The notes: generated by a model from the letters alone, not told the origin. 40,793 bases of DNA from an uncultured bacterium (GCA_964498175.1 CAZCHA010000003.1:1-40793), one strand, 5' to 3'; counted from the first letter of the stretch, positions 17,608-27,021 are shown. Translations and numbers: made by a program.

Positions 17608-20417
17608 AAGTTAATGCTCCAACCTATAGTCACTAATCTTGGCGGGCTATAATAATCCGGTCGGTTATGATATTCATCCCAAGTATGTACACCCGGTTCT
17701 CCATAATGACTTTTAAATGCTTCTGTCTCTTGGAGTGAACGATTTACATAAGTATAACCGGATCGACCAGTATCGGTATAAACATATTTTTCATTTCGAG
17801 TATCAAACACATTATAAACTTTTATGAATAATTCAAATTCCAGTTTGGCCATAGAAATTACTTTATAATACCTCATATCCAGTGACTTTTGAACTGGTTT
17901 CCGTGAACTGTTCGGGTAAGGGACATAATTTGCATTTGGAATATTTGGAGTATAAGGCCAGCCAGTACTCAATTTTCCGATAAAGCTGAGCCCCCATCCT
18001 TTTGGACCCGGTTCAGTAATTGTGATGGTAGAATTGAATACATGACTTTGATCCCATGACAAAGAAACAATTTTCTTTTCTTCCTCTTCACCTGTCAATG
18101 CATTGAAAAAGAAAGACCCACTATTTGTACTATTTCCTTCAGTAGTTTGGTAAGAATAATCTAGAAAAGCAGACAATCTCGATATAGGATCCCATCTTTT
18201 TGTTAAGCTGAAGGTAATCCCTTTCACCATGGCATAATCTTTATTTAAATAAATTGCATAGTCGGATGGACCATATACAGGGGAATTATAATGGATCGAT
18301 TGCAGTGCTAAAAGATTCCGAATATCCTTATAAAAAATACTGCTATTGATTGCCAAATGGCGACTCAATAGCTGCTGTAACCCAAATTCATACATTACGG
18401 TCTTTTCGGGTTTTAAATTACCATACCCAATACTCGGTGAAAGTCCTGCACCGAAAATACTTGTGAGAAATAATTTCCTAAGTGTGGGCATTTGATAAAA
18501 ATGACCGTATGAAAAATGTAAAATACCTTCATCCGTAATGGGGAATGCCACACCGATTCTGGGTGACCACATTGTTTTTTTCTTACTTTCCGATTCATCT
18601 CCTTCTGGGTCAATCAAATCATTGATATGCTTGGTATTTGGTTCGAATGTATCATAACGAATTCCTGCATTCATGATAAAACTCTCATATTCCAGTTTAT
18701 CCTGTAAATAAGAAGAATAAAAAGTCGCATTCTCAGTATAATAATTATGGGAAGGTGAACCATTTTCAGTAGGGATGGTTGGTATCTTATAGGTGTTCCC
18801 ATCAAATAACACAGAAAAGTTTCTTTCATTCAAATTATCATTTCTAAATTGAATGCCGGCTTTGACTTCATGGCGGGTAGTAATCTGCGATGTAATATCA
18901 AATTTACCACCTAGAGATTCAGAGTCTCTATAAGAATGTCCTCGATTAGATCCTCCAAAGGAGAATGTGGCTGAACTAGGGCTCCCTCTTATATTAATAG
19001 TTGAAGCATAATTTGAGTTAGGGAGAATATAAATATAACTGTCAACTATGGTTATTTCCTGATCCCCAATTGTATAAACACCAGGAGTATTTATTAATAA
19101 TGCCATATCTTCATCATCTCCGAATCCTGAACCACTTGTAAATGGAATAGCACTTTCCAAGCTGATAGGCGAGAACTGAAATGCCTTATAATCTGTTTTA
19201 TTTATAAAAATATGCCCTTCATAAAATGTTTTACTCCCTAAAGCTTGGTTTATTTTCAGAGAAAGATTATTATTGTTAGATCGATAGGTTGATATACCAT
19301 CAGGATTATATTTATAAAAATGAGAATAAGATTGAGACTCTCCCTGGCTCCCTAAATATTGTGTCGATAATTTAAGTCTTGGGGTTATCTTATAAGTGAG
19401 TTTCACTAACTGGTTGAATGATTCACTGGGATTCATTGCAACTAGACTACTATCCCCCCCCATTTGTATATACCATGTTTCCGTTTCAAAATTGGCATAA
19501 TCTTGAACAGTATGTTCACGAATACCATAGAGATATCCTTTCTGCCCAGTAAATTTAGAACTTGAGTTAAATGTTATTTTACCTTTTGTAAAGGGGATTG
19601 GCCCACTCAAATATCCTTCCCACGTTTGACGATTCAATAAGTCATAATCATCAATATTCGTATAAAGATCCGTATCATTAGAGTATCGATCACCTGTGTA
19701 CATAGTAAAACTACCATCGTAACCCCTACCACCTTCCTTGATCTGGATATTAACAATTCCACTCATGGCATTTCCATATTCTGCATTAAAAGTACCACTT
19801 ACCACTTTTAATTCTTGTAATGCTTTGTTGGATACATTTATAGAGAGTCCATTAGTAAAAAAGGGATTTGCAACCGAAATACCATCAATAAAATACCCCA
19901 CTTCATTACTTCTCCCGCCACGTATATGCAATTCACCACCGGCACCCTGATTAACGCCAGCCTGAGCAGTAAGGACACCTAGAAAGGACTCCACCGGCAT
20001 AGCGCTAATTTCTTCTGCAGTTGTAACCTTTTGCGATGATGTTAGATCTTTGTGTATGAGTGGTCTGTCAGCAGTAACAACTACCTCTTCCCCTTCAATA
20101 ACTTCTTGGACTAATGTAAAATTCTGTATTGATGTGCGGCCTGTATTTACAATTAAATCAGTTACTTTAACGGTTGCATATCCGATATAGGATGTTTTAA
20201 GTGTATATGTTCCCGGACGAACATTAATAATAATGAATTGTCCATTTACATCTGAATCGGCCCCAATTCCTTGACCTTCAACTATAATGCTTACACCTAG
20301 TAATGGTTCGCCAGAATCTTTCTCTACTACAATACCTGATATTTTTCCACTTTCGGCAAGAATGAAGGAGCCAAAAAGTAATAATGTTAATATCCTTAAT
20401 ATTGTTTTTTTTACCAT
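17604..20417 (-). CDS. TonB-dependent outer-membrane receptor with N-terminal carboxypeptidase-regulatory-like domain
   Basis: Signal peptide. The CarboxypepD_reg-like segment is GKISGIVVEKDSGEPLLGVSIIVEG...GQFIIINVRPGTYTLKTSYIGY. Plug-domain blocks are MPVESFLGVLTAQAGV and LHIRGGRSNEVGYFIDGISV. A long beta-barrel-like C-terminal region follows. No STN or anti-sigma signalling extension is visible, and there is no SusD-like neighbour. Confidence 0.85.
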   Translation of the reverse strand: MVKKTILRILTLLLFGSFILAESGKISGIVVEKDSGEPLLGVSIIVEGQGIGADSDVNGQFIIINVRPGTYTLKTSYIGYATVKVTDLIVNTGRTSIQNFTLVQEVIEGEEVVVTADRPLIHKDLTSSQKVTTAEEISAMPVESFLGVLTAQAGVNQGAGGELHIRGGRSNEVGYFIDGISVANPFFTNGLSINVSNKALQELKVVSGTFNAEYGNAMSGIVNIQIKEGGRGYDGSFTMYTGDRYSNDTDLYTNIDDYDLLNRQTWEGYLSGPIPFTKGKITFNSSSKFTGQKGYLYGIREHTVQDYANFETETWYIQMGGDSSLVAMNPSESFNQLVKLTYKITPRLKLSTQYLGSQGESQSYSHFYKYNPDGISTYRSNNNNLSLKINQALGSKTFYEGHIFINKTDYKAFQFSPISLESAIPFTSGSGFGDDEDMALLINTPGVYTIGDQEITIVDSYIYILPNSNYASTINIRGSPSSATFSFGGSNRGHSYRDSESLGGKFDITSQITTRHEVKAGIQFRNDNLNERNFSVLFDGNTYKIPTIPTENGSPSHNYYTENATFYSSYLQDKLEYESFIMNAGIRYDTFEPNTKHINDLIDPEGDESESKKKTMWSPRIGVAFPITDEGILHFSYGHFYQMPTLRKLFLTSIFGAGLSPSIGYGNLKPEKTVMYEFGLQQLLSRHLAINSSIFYKDIRNLLALQSIHYNSPVYGPSDYAIYLNKDYAMVKGITFSLTKRWDPISRLSAFLDYSYQTTEGNSTNSGSFFFNALTGEEEEKKIVSLSWDQSHVFNSTITITEPGPKGWGLSFIGKLSTGWPYTPNIPNANYVPYPNSSRKPVQKSLDMRYYKVISMAKLEFELFIKVYNVFDTRNEKYVYTDTGRSGYTYVNRSLQETEAFKSHYGEPGVHTWDEYHNRPDYYSPPRLVTIGWSINL

Positions 20418-20710
20418 GCCATAAATTTTATTGTTTACCTAGGATTTCCAGTTTGAATTGAAAAGAAATCTATATTAGAACCCACTGTTTTTTCAACTTT
20501 AATGTAATATTTGTTCCATTATTAGAATCTATCCTTTCTCACGAACCATAAGTTTAACAAAAGAGGGAAAATATCAATAGAGTTTTCTCTCTTAAAAATA
20601 AAAATTGAATAATGCATAACCATTTCCAGTAGTTAAACCTTAATTTTGAGAATGAAAATGGGTGTATTCCCTTGAGCTAAAATATTATTCGTAAAATTTA
20701 TAGATTCCAC

Positions 20711-21364
20711 ATGCTAAATAAGTCTCTCATGGTGATAGATCCTTCTGTCTATCAGCCGGAAATATCATCCTTTAATCATATAAATTCCCTAACGGGCATT
20801 AGCTGTACGTACCATCTTCCGGCTCTTACGAATGAAAAAAGTATTGATGATGAATTAGTTAATTCATGCGGAATTATCCTCATGGGCAGCGCTTCATCAG
20901 TTCATGATAAATCTGAATGGCAAAAAAGGCTATCCGATAATATGGTTAGAGCAATCGATTTGGAAATTCCAGTTTTAGGAATTTGTTATGGACACCAACT
21001 CATCGCTCACTTGTTTGGAGGGGCTGTGGATTTCTTATGGAACAGACAAAAGATGCTGGGCATCCGAAATGTTCATATCCAGGAAACTGAATTATGGGGT
21101 GAACCAATATCTGGGCCACTCATATTTTCTCATAAAGAAGGTGTGACCACTTGTCCTAAAGATTTTTCTATTATTGCGTCCAGTGATGATGTGGAGATCG
21201 AAGGAATTGCACATAACTCAAAACCGATATGGTCTTTCCAACCCCATATCGAAGCTACGTATCATTTTGCAAAGAGAGTAAAAATATCAAATGATGATTT
21301 CAAAAAAGCATTCCGGTTTGGGATCCAATTGTTAAATAAATTTATCCACCATCTAGACAATTAA
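20711..21364 (+). CDS. Class I glutamine-amidotransferase-like (GATase1 / peptidase C26-like) stand-alone protein
   Basis: The nucleophile elbow is PVLGICYGHQLIA and the His-Glu pair lies in FQPHIEAT. It is 217 aa, has no synthase partner domain and no signal peptide. Confidence 0.65.
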   Translation: MLNKSLMVIDPSVYQPEISSFNHINSLTGISCTYHLPALTNEKSIDDELVNSCGIILMGSASSVHDKSEWQKRLSDNMVRAIDLEIPVLGICYGHQLIAHLFGGAVDFLWNRQKMLGIRNVHIQETELWGEPISGPLIFSHKEGVTTCPKDFSIIASSDDVEIEGIAHNSKPIWSFQPHIEATYHFAKRVKISNDDFKKAFRFGIQLLNKFIHHLDN

Positions 21365-21368
21365 TTAA

Positions 21369-22769
21369 ATGACATTTTATAAAACCACTTTTTCAATCAT
21401 TCTTTTTTGGATTATTGCCTGTGCACCGCCTAAAGTGCTACTCGATAATCCCGGAATTCCAACCTTGAAAAAAGAGATTAATACTCTTATAGTAGATTCT
21501 AATCTTGATATCAATATGAGTTTAAAAATGACATCTCTCACTTCAGGGAAAACGTTGTATGCTCTCAATAGCCATAAAAAACTCATACCAGCCAGTAATA
21601 ATAAATTGTATACAAGCGCAGCCGCTTTAGTCTATTTGGGCACAGACTATACATTTGAAACGTCAATATATCAGAATCAGAAAAATATTTATCTGGTTGG
21701 CGATGGAGATCCTGACTTTTCTTTAGATAAATTGGATTCCCTAGCAGAAATTGTTTCAACGAGCATAACATCTATTGATACATTATTTGTGGATGAAAGT
21801 ATAATGGATACACTACATTACGGCGAAGGTTGGATGTGGGATGAGGGTCATTGGTGGTATGCTGCTCCAGTGAGCGCGCTTTCTTTGAATGATAATTGTG
21901 TCAAGTTTTTTGTCCAAGCCGGAAAAATGGGAGAACCAGTTACTATTCAAGCCCACCCATCAACAAACTATATACAAATAGATAATCAATCTATTACAGT
22001 AAATGACACCGTTGATTTTCAAAAGTTTAAGATTGATCGCGATTGGGCTGGCCGAACAAATCGATTTACAATCACAGGAGAAAAATTAATCAAGGCACCT
22101 GAGGATACAATCATTCGAAATATTTATCATCCCCCCCTTTTTGCTGGAACTGTATTAAGGGAAATGTTAGAAAAATATGGTACAACTGTTAAAAAGGTAG
22201 CTATTGGAAATAGTACAAAATCTTCTATTAAATTGACATCCCATATTTCAGATTCTCTTATTTACTCGGCTGAAAATCTCATGAATGAAAGTGATAATCT
22301 TACTGCAGAATTATTTATAAAAACATTGGGAGTCACAGATAGAATACCGGGAAACTGGAAGAATGGACTCAACGTTGTAAAATCTTTTTTAGCCGATACT
22401 ACAACGATTGATACAACGACCATTCGCTTGGTTGATGGATCAGGGGTTTCTAGATACAATTTAACATGTGCTGACCATTTTATAGATTTATTGACCTATA
22501 TGTATCAAAGTCCATTCAATAATGATTTTTTAAAAATACTTCCACACGGTGGTTCAGAAGGAACATTAAAAGATCGAATGAAAGTTCATGGTGATCGTAT
22601 TCGAGCCAAGACCGGCCATTTATCTGGTGTAAGTTGTTTATCAGGATACGCATTTTCTCCCACTTATGGACCTGTAGCCTTTTCTATGTTGATGAATGGG
22701 TATATTGGTTCATCCAGAGAATATCGCCAACTCCAAGACCGAATTTTAGGGCTGTTGATTCATGATTAA
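21369..22769 (+). CDS. dacB: D-alanyl-D-alanine carboxypeptidase/endopeptidase, PBP4 type (peptidase S13), lipoprotein
   Basis: Lipobox (WIIACA). SxxK in LIPASNNKLYTSAAAL. SxN in VDGSGVSRYN. KTG in AKTGHLSGVSCLSGY. The length and the insertion domain between SxxK and SxN are typical of PBP4. Confidence 0.85.
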   Translation: MTFYKTTFSIILFWIIACAPPKVLLDNPGIPTLKKEINTLIVDSNLDINMSLKMTSLTSGKTLYALNSHKKLIPASNNKLYTSAAALVYLGTDYTFETSIYQNQKNIYLVGDGDPDFSLDKLDSLAEIVSTSITSIDTLFVDESIMDTLHYGEGWMWDEGHWWYAAPVSALSLNDNCVKFFVQAGKMGEPVTIQAHPSTNYIQIDNQSITVNDTVDFQKFKIDRDWAGRTNRFTITGEKLIKAPEDTIIRNIYHPPLFAGTVLREMLEKYGTTVKKVAIGNSTKSSIKLTSHISDSLIYSAENLMNESDNLTAELFIKTLGVTDRIPGNWKNGLNVVKSFLADTTTIDTTTIRLVDGSGVSRYNLTCADHFIDLLTYMYQSPFNNDFLKILPHGGSEGTLKDRMKVHGDRIRAKTGHLSGVSCLSGYAFSPTYGPVAFSMLMNGYIGSSREYRQLQDRILGLLIHD

Positions 22770-23691
22770 ACCACCTGCTCTAAAACCAAATGCCACTATC
22801 GGCATTTTGAGTCCATCTTCATGGATGAATGAGTCAGATTTGAAATTGGCCATAGCTATATTTGAACAAAAGGGCTACCATCTTGTTTTGGGCGAAAGTG
22901 TATTTTTGAAAGATCATACATTTGCAGGCATGCCAGAACAAAGAGCCAAGGATATTAATGGCATGTTTGCCAATCCAAATATTGATGCTATTATTTGTGC
23001 TCGTGGAGGATATGGCGCTAATCGCGTTTTACCTTTACTCGATTATGATTTAATTAAAGCGAATCCGAAAATATTTATGGGGTATAGCGACGTGACAGCA
23101 TTTCTTACATCCATCACACAAAAAACCGGACTTGTTACCTTTCATGGTCCCATGTTGTCTAGCTTTAAAAAGGGTATGGTGGATTATAATTTTGATTTAA
23201 TAGAAAAAACTTTATTCGGCTATGAATCTATAACAATTCAATCACCACATGAATTACAACACCGTGTTTTAAAATCCGGAAAAGCTGTAGGCCCCCTTTG
23301 GGGCGGGAATATGTGTTTATTGGTTAATCGATTAGGAACAGCAGATCAACTCAATACGAATGGTACTATTCTATTTATTGAGGATATTGATGAATATTTA
23401 TATGCATTCGACCGCATGTTGGTCCACATGAAAGAAGCGGGAATGTTTCAAAATATTACTGGATTAATTATTGGAGAACTGGTGGATATGAAAGATCAAG
23501 ATATACCTTTCGGAAAATCAACGGATGAAATAGTCATGGATGTTTGTAGCGATTTGGATATTCCGATTATTTCCAATTTTCCCTGTGGACACGGTGTTTT
23601 TCAATCCACTTTGCCCATTTCCATCCCAGTTCAATTGGATGCAAAATTCAATTCATCAACATTAACATTATTGGATTCACCCGTAAAGTAA
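22762..23691 (+). CDS. ldcA: LD-carboxypeptidase (peptidase S66, muramoyl-tetrapeptide carboxypeptidase LdcA-like)
   Basis: Blocks are IGILSPSS, ARGGYGANR, the nucleophile block MGYSDVTAF, FIEDIDEYLY and FPCGHG (Ser-Glu-His triad context). No signal peptide. It overlaps dacB by 8 nt. Confidence 0.8.
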   Translation: MIKPPALKPNATIGILSPSSWMNESDLKLAIAIFEQKGYHLVLGESVFLKDHTFAGMPEQRAKDINGMFANPNIDAIICARGGYGANRVLPLLDYDLIKANPKIFMGYSDVTAFLTSITQKTGLVTFHGPMLSSFKKGMVDYNFDLIEKTLFGYESITIQSPHELQHRVLKSGKAVGPLWGGNMCLLVNRLGTADQLNTNGTILFIEDIDEYLYAFDRMLVHMKEAGMFQNITGLIIGELVDMKDQDIPFGKSTDEIVMDVCSDLDIPIISNFPCGHGVFQSTLPISIPVQLDAKFNSSTLTLLDSPVK

Positions 23692-23700
23692 GGAAATGAT

Positions 23701-24297
23701 ATGTTGAATTATATTTGGTTTGGAATGATGTTTATTGGCGTTGTCGTCGGTGCATTCACAGGGAACATTGATGCGGTAACAGAAGCGGCTATTGATATGG
23801 CAAAAGTAGCAGTAAATCTAGCAATTGGACTCATCGGAATTATGGCTCTCTGGCTAGGCATCATGAAAATAGCGGAAGAATCTGGACTGATTCGTGTCAT
23901 TGCCAAAGGTTTACGTCCTATAACGATTCGTCTTTTTCCTGACGTTCCGGAAGATCACCCTGCGATTGGGTCCATCGTATTAAATATGGCAGCCAATATA
24001 TTAGGATTGGGAAATGCGGCTACGCCGCTTGGGCTTAAAGCCATGGAAGAACTCCAAGAATTAAACCCGAACAAAGAAACAGCCACCAATGCCATGTGTA
24101 CCTTTTTGGCAATCAATACATCCAGCGTACAGTTAATTCTTCCAGCCACTGTGGTAGCACTCATGGGCACCCATTCCAGTCAGATATTTATTACAACTAT
24201 TGTGGCAACCGGAATGTCTACGATTGCTGCAATAGTTGCAGTAAAGTTTTTAGAAAAGCAGAAACGATTTTCTATTACTGAAGAGCGTCAATCATGA
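23701..24297 (+). CDS. spmA: Nucleoside-recognition (Gate) domain membrane protein, SpmA-like
   Basis: 198 aa and polytopic. MLNYIWFGMMFIG...AKVAVNLAIGLIG...NILGLGNAATPLGLKAM matches the SpmA pattern. AAGGAA lies upstream of the ATG. Confidence 0.7.
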   Translation: MLNYIWFGMMFIGVVVGAFTGNIDAVTEAAIDMAKVAVNLAIGLIGIMALWLGIMKIAEESGLIRVIAKGLRPITIRLFPDVPEDHPAIGSIVLNMAANILGLGNAATPLGLKAMEELQELNPNKETATNAMCTFLAINTSSVQLILPATVVALMGTHSSQIFITTIVATGMSTIAAIVAVKFLEKQKRFSITEERQS

Positions 24298-24842
24298 TAA
24301 ACTTATTTGTCAGTGGTGTGAATGAATTCTCAAAATACATTATTCCATTTCTATTGGTGGGCATCCCATTTTATGGATTGGTTTTCAAAAAAGTAAAAGT
24401 ATATGAAACTTTCGTAGAAGGTGCAAAGGATGGTTTTACTATTTCCGTCAGAATTATCCCATATCTTGTGGCAATACTTGTTGCTATTGGCATGTTTCGT
24501 GCTTCCGGCGCCCTGGATTTATTGCTTAATTTCCTTTCACCTGTTTTAACTCTAATCGGATTTCCGCCAGAGAATCTTCCTTTAGCGCTTATGCGGCCAT
24601 TATCCGGTAGCGGGTCTTTGGGATTATTAACCGATTTGGTCAATATCCATGGTCCTGACTCTCTTATTGCTAAAATTGGTGCCACCATGTTTGGTTCCAC
24701 AGAAACTACATTTTATGTATTGGCTGTTTATTTTGGATCGGTAGGGATTCGCAAGACACGTCATGCGTTGGTAGCAGGATTATTTGCTGATGCAGTAGGT
24801 GTTTTGAGTGCCGTTTACATATGTCAATTCTTCTTTGGCTAA
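24294..24842 (+). CDS. spmB: Nucleoside-recognition (Gate) domain membrane protein, SpmB-like
   Basis: 182 aa and polytopic. Blocks are FVEGAKDGF, MRPLSGSGSLG and MFGSTETTFYVLAVYFG. It overlaps the spmA-like gene by 4 nt. Confidence 0.7.
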   Translation: MINLFVSGVNEFSKYIIPFLLVGIPFYGLVFKKVKVYETFVEGAKDGFTISVRIIPYLVAILVAIGMFRASGALDLLLNFLSPVLTLIGFPPENLPLALMRPLSGSGSLGLLTDLVNIHGPDSLIAKIGATMFGSTETTFYVLAVYFGSVGIRKTRHALVAGLFADAVGVLSAVYICQFFFG

Positions 24843-24886
24843 ATGAATAGGCATCAAGGTCGCTAAGAATCACGAAGATAATATAT

Positions 24887-25561
24887 ATGATTAGAGTTCT
24901 AAGTTTCTTAGTTATCATCGCTTGTTGGGGATGTGGCAATTCTGGTTCAATCGTTTCAAAAGAAACAATCTCCAAACATGATTTAGTGGATATACAAGAA
25001 ATGGATTCAACTCTTTTGGTAGAACTAAAATATTCCACCACTGATAATTTTATGAAAACGGATGTCTATGGTGATTTAGAAATATGTTACATGCGAAGAG
25101 TTTCTGCTGAAATGCTTGGGAAGGCTCATTCCATTTTAAAAGAGGCCCATCCTGATCTTCGATTGTTAATTTATGATGGACTTCGCCCCCGTTCGATCCA
25201 ATGGATCCTTTGGAACACTTTAAGCGATGTTCCGGAATCAGAAAGGTCTAATTTCGTGGCGAATCCCAGATCGGGGTCGATTCATAATTTTGGTGCTGCG
25301 GTTGATCTTACAGTTGCTCATAAAAATGGGACACCGCTAGATATGGGAACTCACTACGATTATTTCGGTGATTTGGCATTCCCAAGACTGGAAGATTCTT
25401 TGAAAGTGGTTGGAGATTTAACACTAGAACAGGTTCATAACCGTCTTATTTTAAGAGATGCCATGACCCAGGCTGGATTTAGCCCTATCACCACAGAATG
25501 GTGGCATTTTGATTCATTCCCCTATAAAGAGACGAAACAGAAATTCACAATAATAGAATAA
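24887..25561 (+). CDS. D-alanyl-D-alanine dipeptidase (VanX/DdpX type, peptidase M15D) with lipoprotein signal
   Basis: IYDGLRPRSIQ, the zinc-site block SGSIHNFGAAVDLT, and EWWHFD are VanX-family hallmarks. The N-terminus MIRVLSFLVIIACWGCG looks like a signal peptide with a lipobox. Confidence 0.8.
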   Translation: MIRVLSFLVIIACWGCGNSGSIVSKETISKHDLVDIQEMDSTLLVELKYSTTDNFMKTDVYGDLEICYMRRVSAEMLGKAHSILKEAHPDLRLLIYDGLRPRSIQWILWNTLSDVPESERSNFVANPRSGSIHNFGAAVDLTVAHKNGTPLDMGTHYDYFGDLAFPRLEDSLKVVGDLTLEQVHNRLILRDAMTQAGFSPITTEWWHFDSFPYKETKQKFTIIE

Positions 25562-25644
25562 ATGAAGAATCGTCATTATAATAAATTGATTCCTGTTATA
25601 GCAACTTCTCCAACGACTTAGAAGACCCTACTAAATAATTCATA

Positions 25645-27021
25645 ATGACCGAATATAAAAGAGACTTGGGACTGAAGGAGTCCGTTGCAATAGTATTAAG
25701 CCGAATCATTGGTTCGGGGATTTTTCGAACACCGGCACCCATCATGGCTTTGGTGGGATGTACCTCCCTGTTCGGATTGGTTTGGGTCATTGGCGGGATC
25801 ATTACAATCTTTGGTGCGGTTATTTACGCTGAACTCACAGCTATGCTTCCCAAATCCGGAGGTCCCTACGTTTTCCTGAAAGAGGCCTATGGTCCATACA
25901 TCGCATTCCTTCGTGGATGGGCAATGTTCTTTGTATCAGAGACAGCATCTATTGTTGCCGTTGCTTTGGTTTTTACCGAATACCTGAATGCCATTTGGGA
26001 AATAACAATGGGAACACAATTTAATCTTTTTGTCACATTTGCAATTTCTTTAGTGACAATCTGGGGATTAACGGGCATCAATTTGTTTGGTGTCAGTATA
26101 AGTGGAAAATTTCAGGTTATTTTCAGCACGATAAAGGTTGGTGCTGTAGGCGCAATTATAGGAATGACGCTCACATCATTTTCTACTGGAAATGTAGGTA
26201 ATTTTACAAATCCTCTTTGGCCTGAATCCTTCGGTTGGGAGACTGTTCTTGCTGTTGGCGCAGCATTACGTTATTCATTTTTTGCTTTCAGCGGATGGGA
26301 AGGGGCCACCTACATGGCTGAAGAGGTAAAGGATCCGCAAAGGACACTTCCTTTATCACTTTTTTTTGGGATTGGTGGTGTAACCTTACTTTATATTGGA
26401 ACCAATCTTGGATATTTATACCAACTTAATGTACAAGAAATTATTGAGAATAAATGGGTTGCCACCGCTGCTATGAAAGTTGTTCTCGGTGCTACTGGTG
26501 GTGTACTCATTTCTGTAGCTGTTGCTATTAATGCATTTGGAAATATTAGCACCCAAATTCTTTGTAAAGGCAGAACCTGGCATGCTATGGCGCGAGATGG
26601 TCTCTTTTTCGATAAATTTAAGGTATTACACCCTGTATTTAAATCGCCTAATAATGCCCTAATTGGTCAAGGGATTTGGGCAACCATATTGCTATTCTTT
26701 TCTGTGGTGGCAACCTATTTACAATCGGGTGTCAGTGGTTCTAATGCCTATGAGATTATGATTGATTTTTTTTCCGCAACCAGCACTATTTTCAATTTAT
26801 TGACTTTTGGGGCAATCTATGTTTTACGAAAAAAATGGCCTCAAAAGGATCGGCCTTATAAAGCACTCATGTATCCCTGGAGTATGATTATTGTTTTAAT
26901 TCTATATTCTTCATTTTTGGTTATCACCTTGATTACTGCATTCATTCCATCTTTGGTTGGGTTGGCCCTCACCTTCAGTGGCACTTTTTACTATTTGAAA
27001 AAAGTAAAAAATAAATCATGA
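25645..27021 (+). CDS. APC-superfamily amino-acid permease
   Basis: 458 aa with about 12 hydrophobic spans. The N-terminal IIGSGIFRTP signature, a FAFSGWEG block and general APC/LAT-like organisation. Confidence 0.8.
   Translation: MTEYKRDLGLKESVAIVLSRIIGSGIFRTPAPIMALVGCTSLFGLVWVIGGIITIFGAVIYAELTAMLPKSGGPYVFLKEAYGPYIAFLRGWAMFFVSETASIVAVALVFTEYLNAIWEITMGTQFNLFVTFAISLVTIWGLTGINLFGVSISGKFQVIFSTIKVGAVGAIIGMTLTSFSTGNVGNFTNPLWPESFGWETVLAVGAALRYSFFAFSGWEGATYMAEEVKDPQRTLPLSLFFGIGGVTLLYIGTNLGYLYQLNVQEIIENKWVATAAMKVVLGATGGVLISVAVAINAFGNISTQILCKGRTWHAMARDGLFFDKFKVLHPVFKSPNNALIGQGIWATILLFFSVVATYLQSGVSGSNAYEIMIDFFSATSTIFNLLTFGAIYVLRKKWPQKDRPYKALMYPWSMIIVLILYSSFLVITLITAFIPSLVGLALTFSGTFYYLKKVKNKS

Noticed and set aside
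20505-20513. TAATATTTG matching the Bacteroidetes-type -7 promoter consensus TAnnTTTG in the 293-nt spacer upstream of the GATase-like gene
   Set aside because: It lies about 200 nt from the start codon. The motif is short and common in AT-rich DNA. Several genes here have Shine-Dalgarno-like AGGA, so Bacteroidetes promoter rules may not apply.
24371-25041. Minus-strand ORFs of 109 aa and 111 aa overlapping spmB and the VanX-type gene
   Set aside because: They are antisense to two well-supported genes and have no recognisable motifs. The same applies to the other short antisense ORFs in the track, for example 1209..1397, 2289..2652, 9479..9796, 21377..21771, 23709..24170, 34038..34337, 34532..34864, 35436..35708 and 38113..38640.
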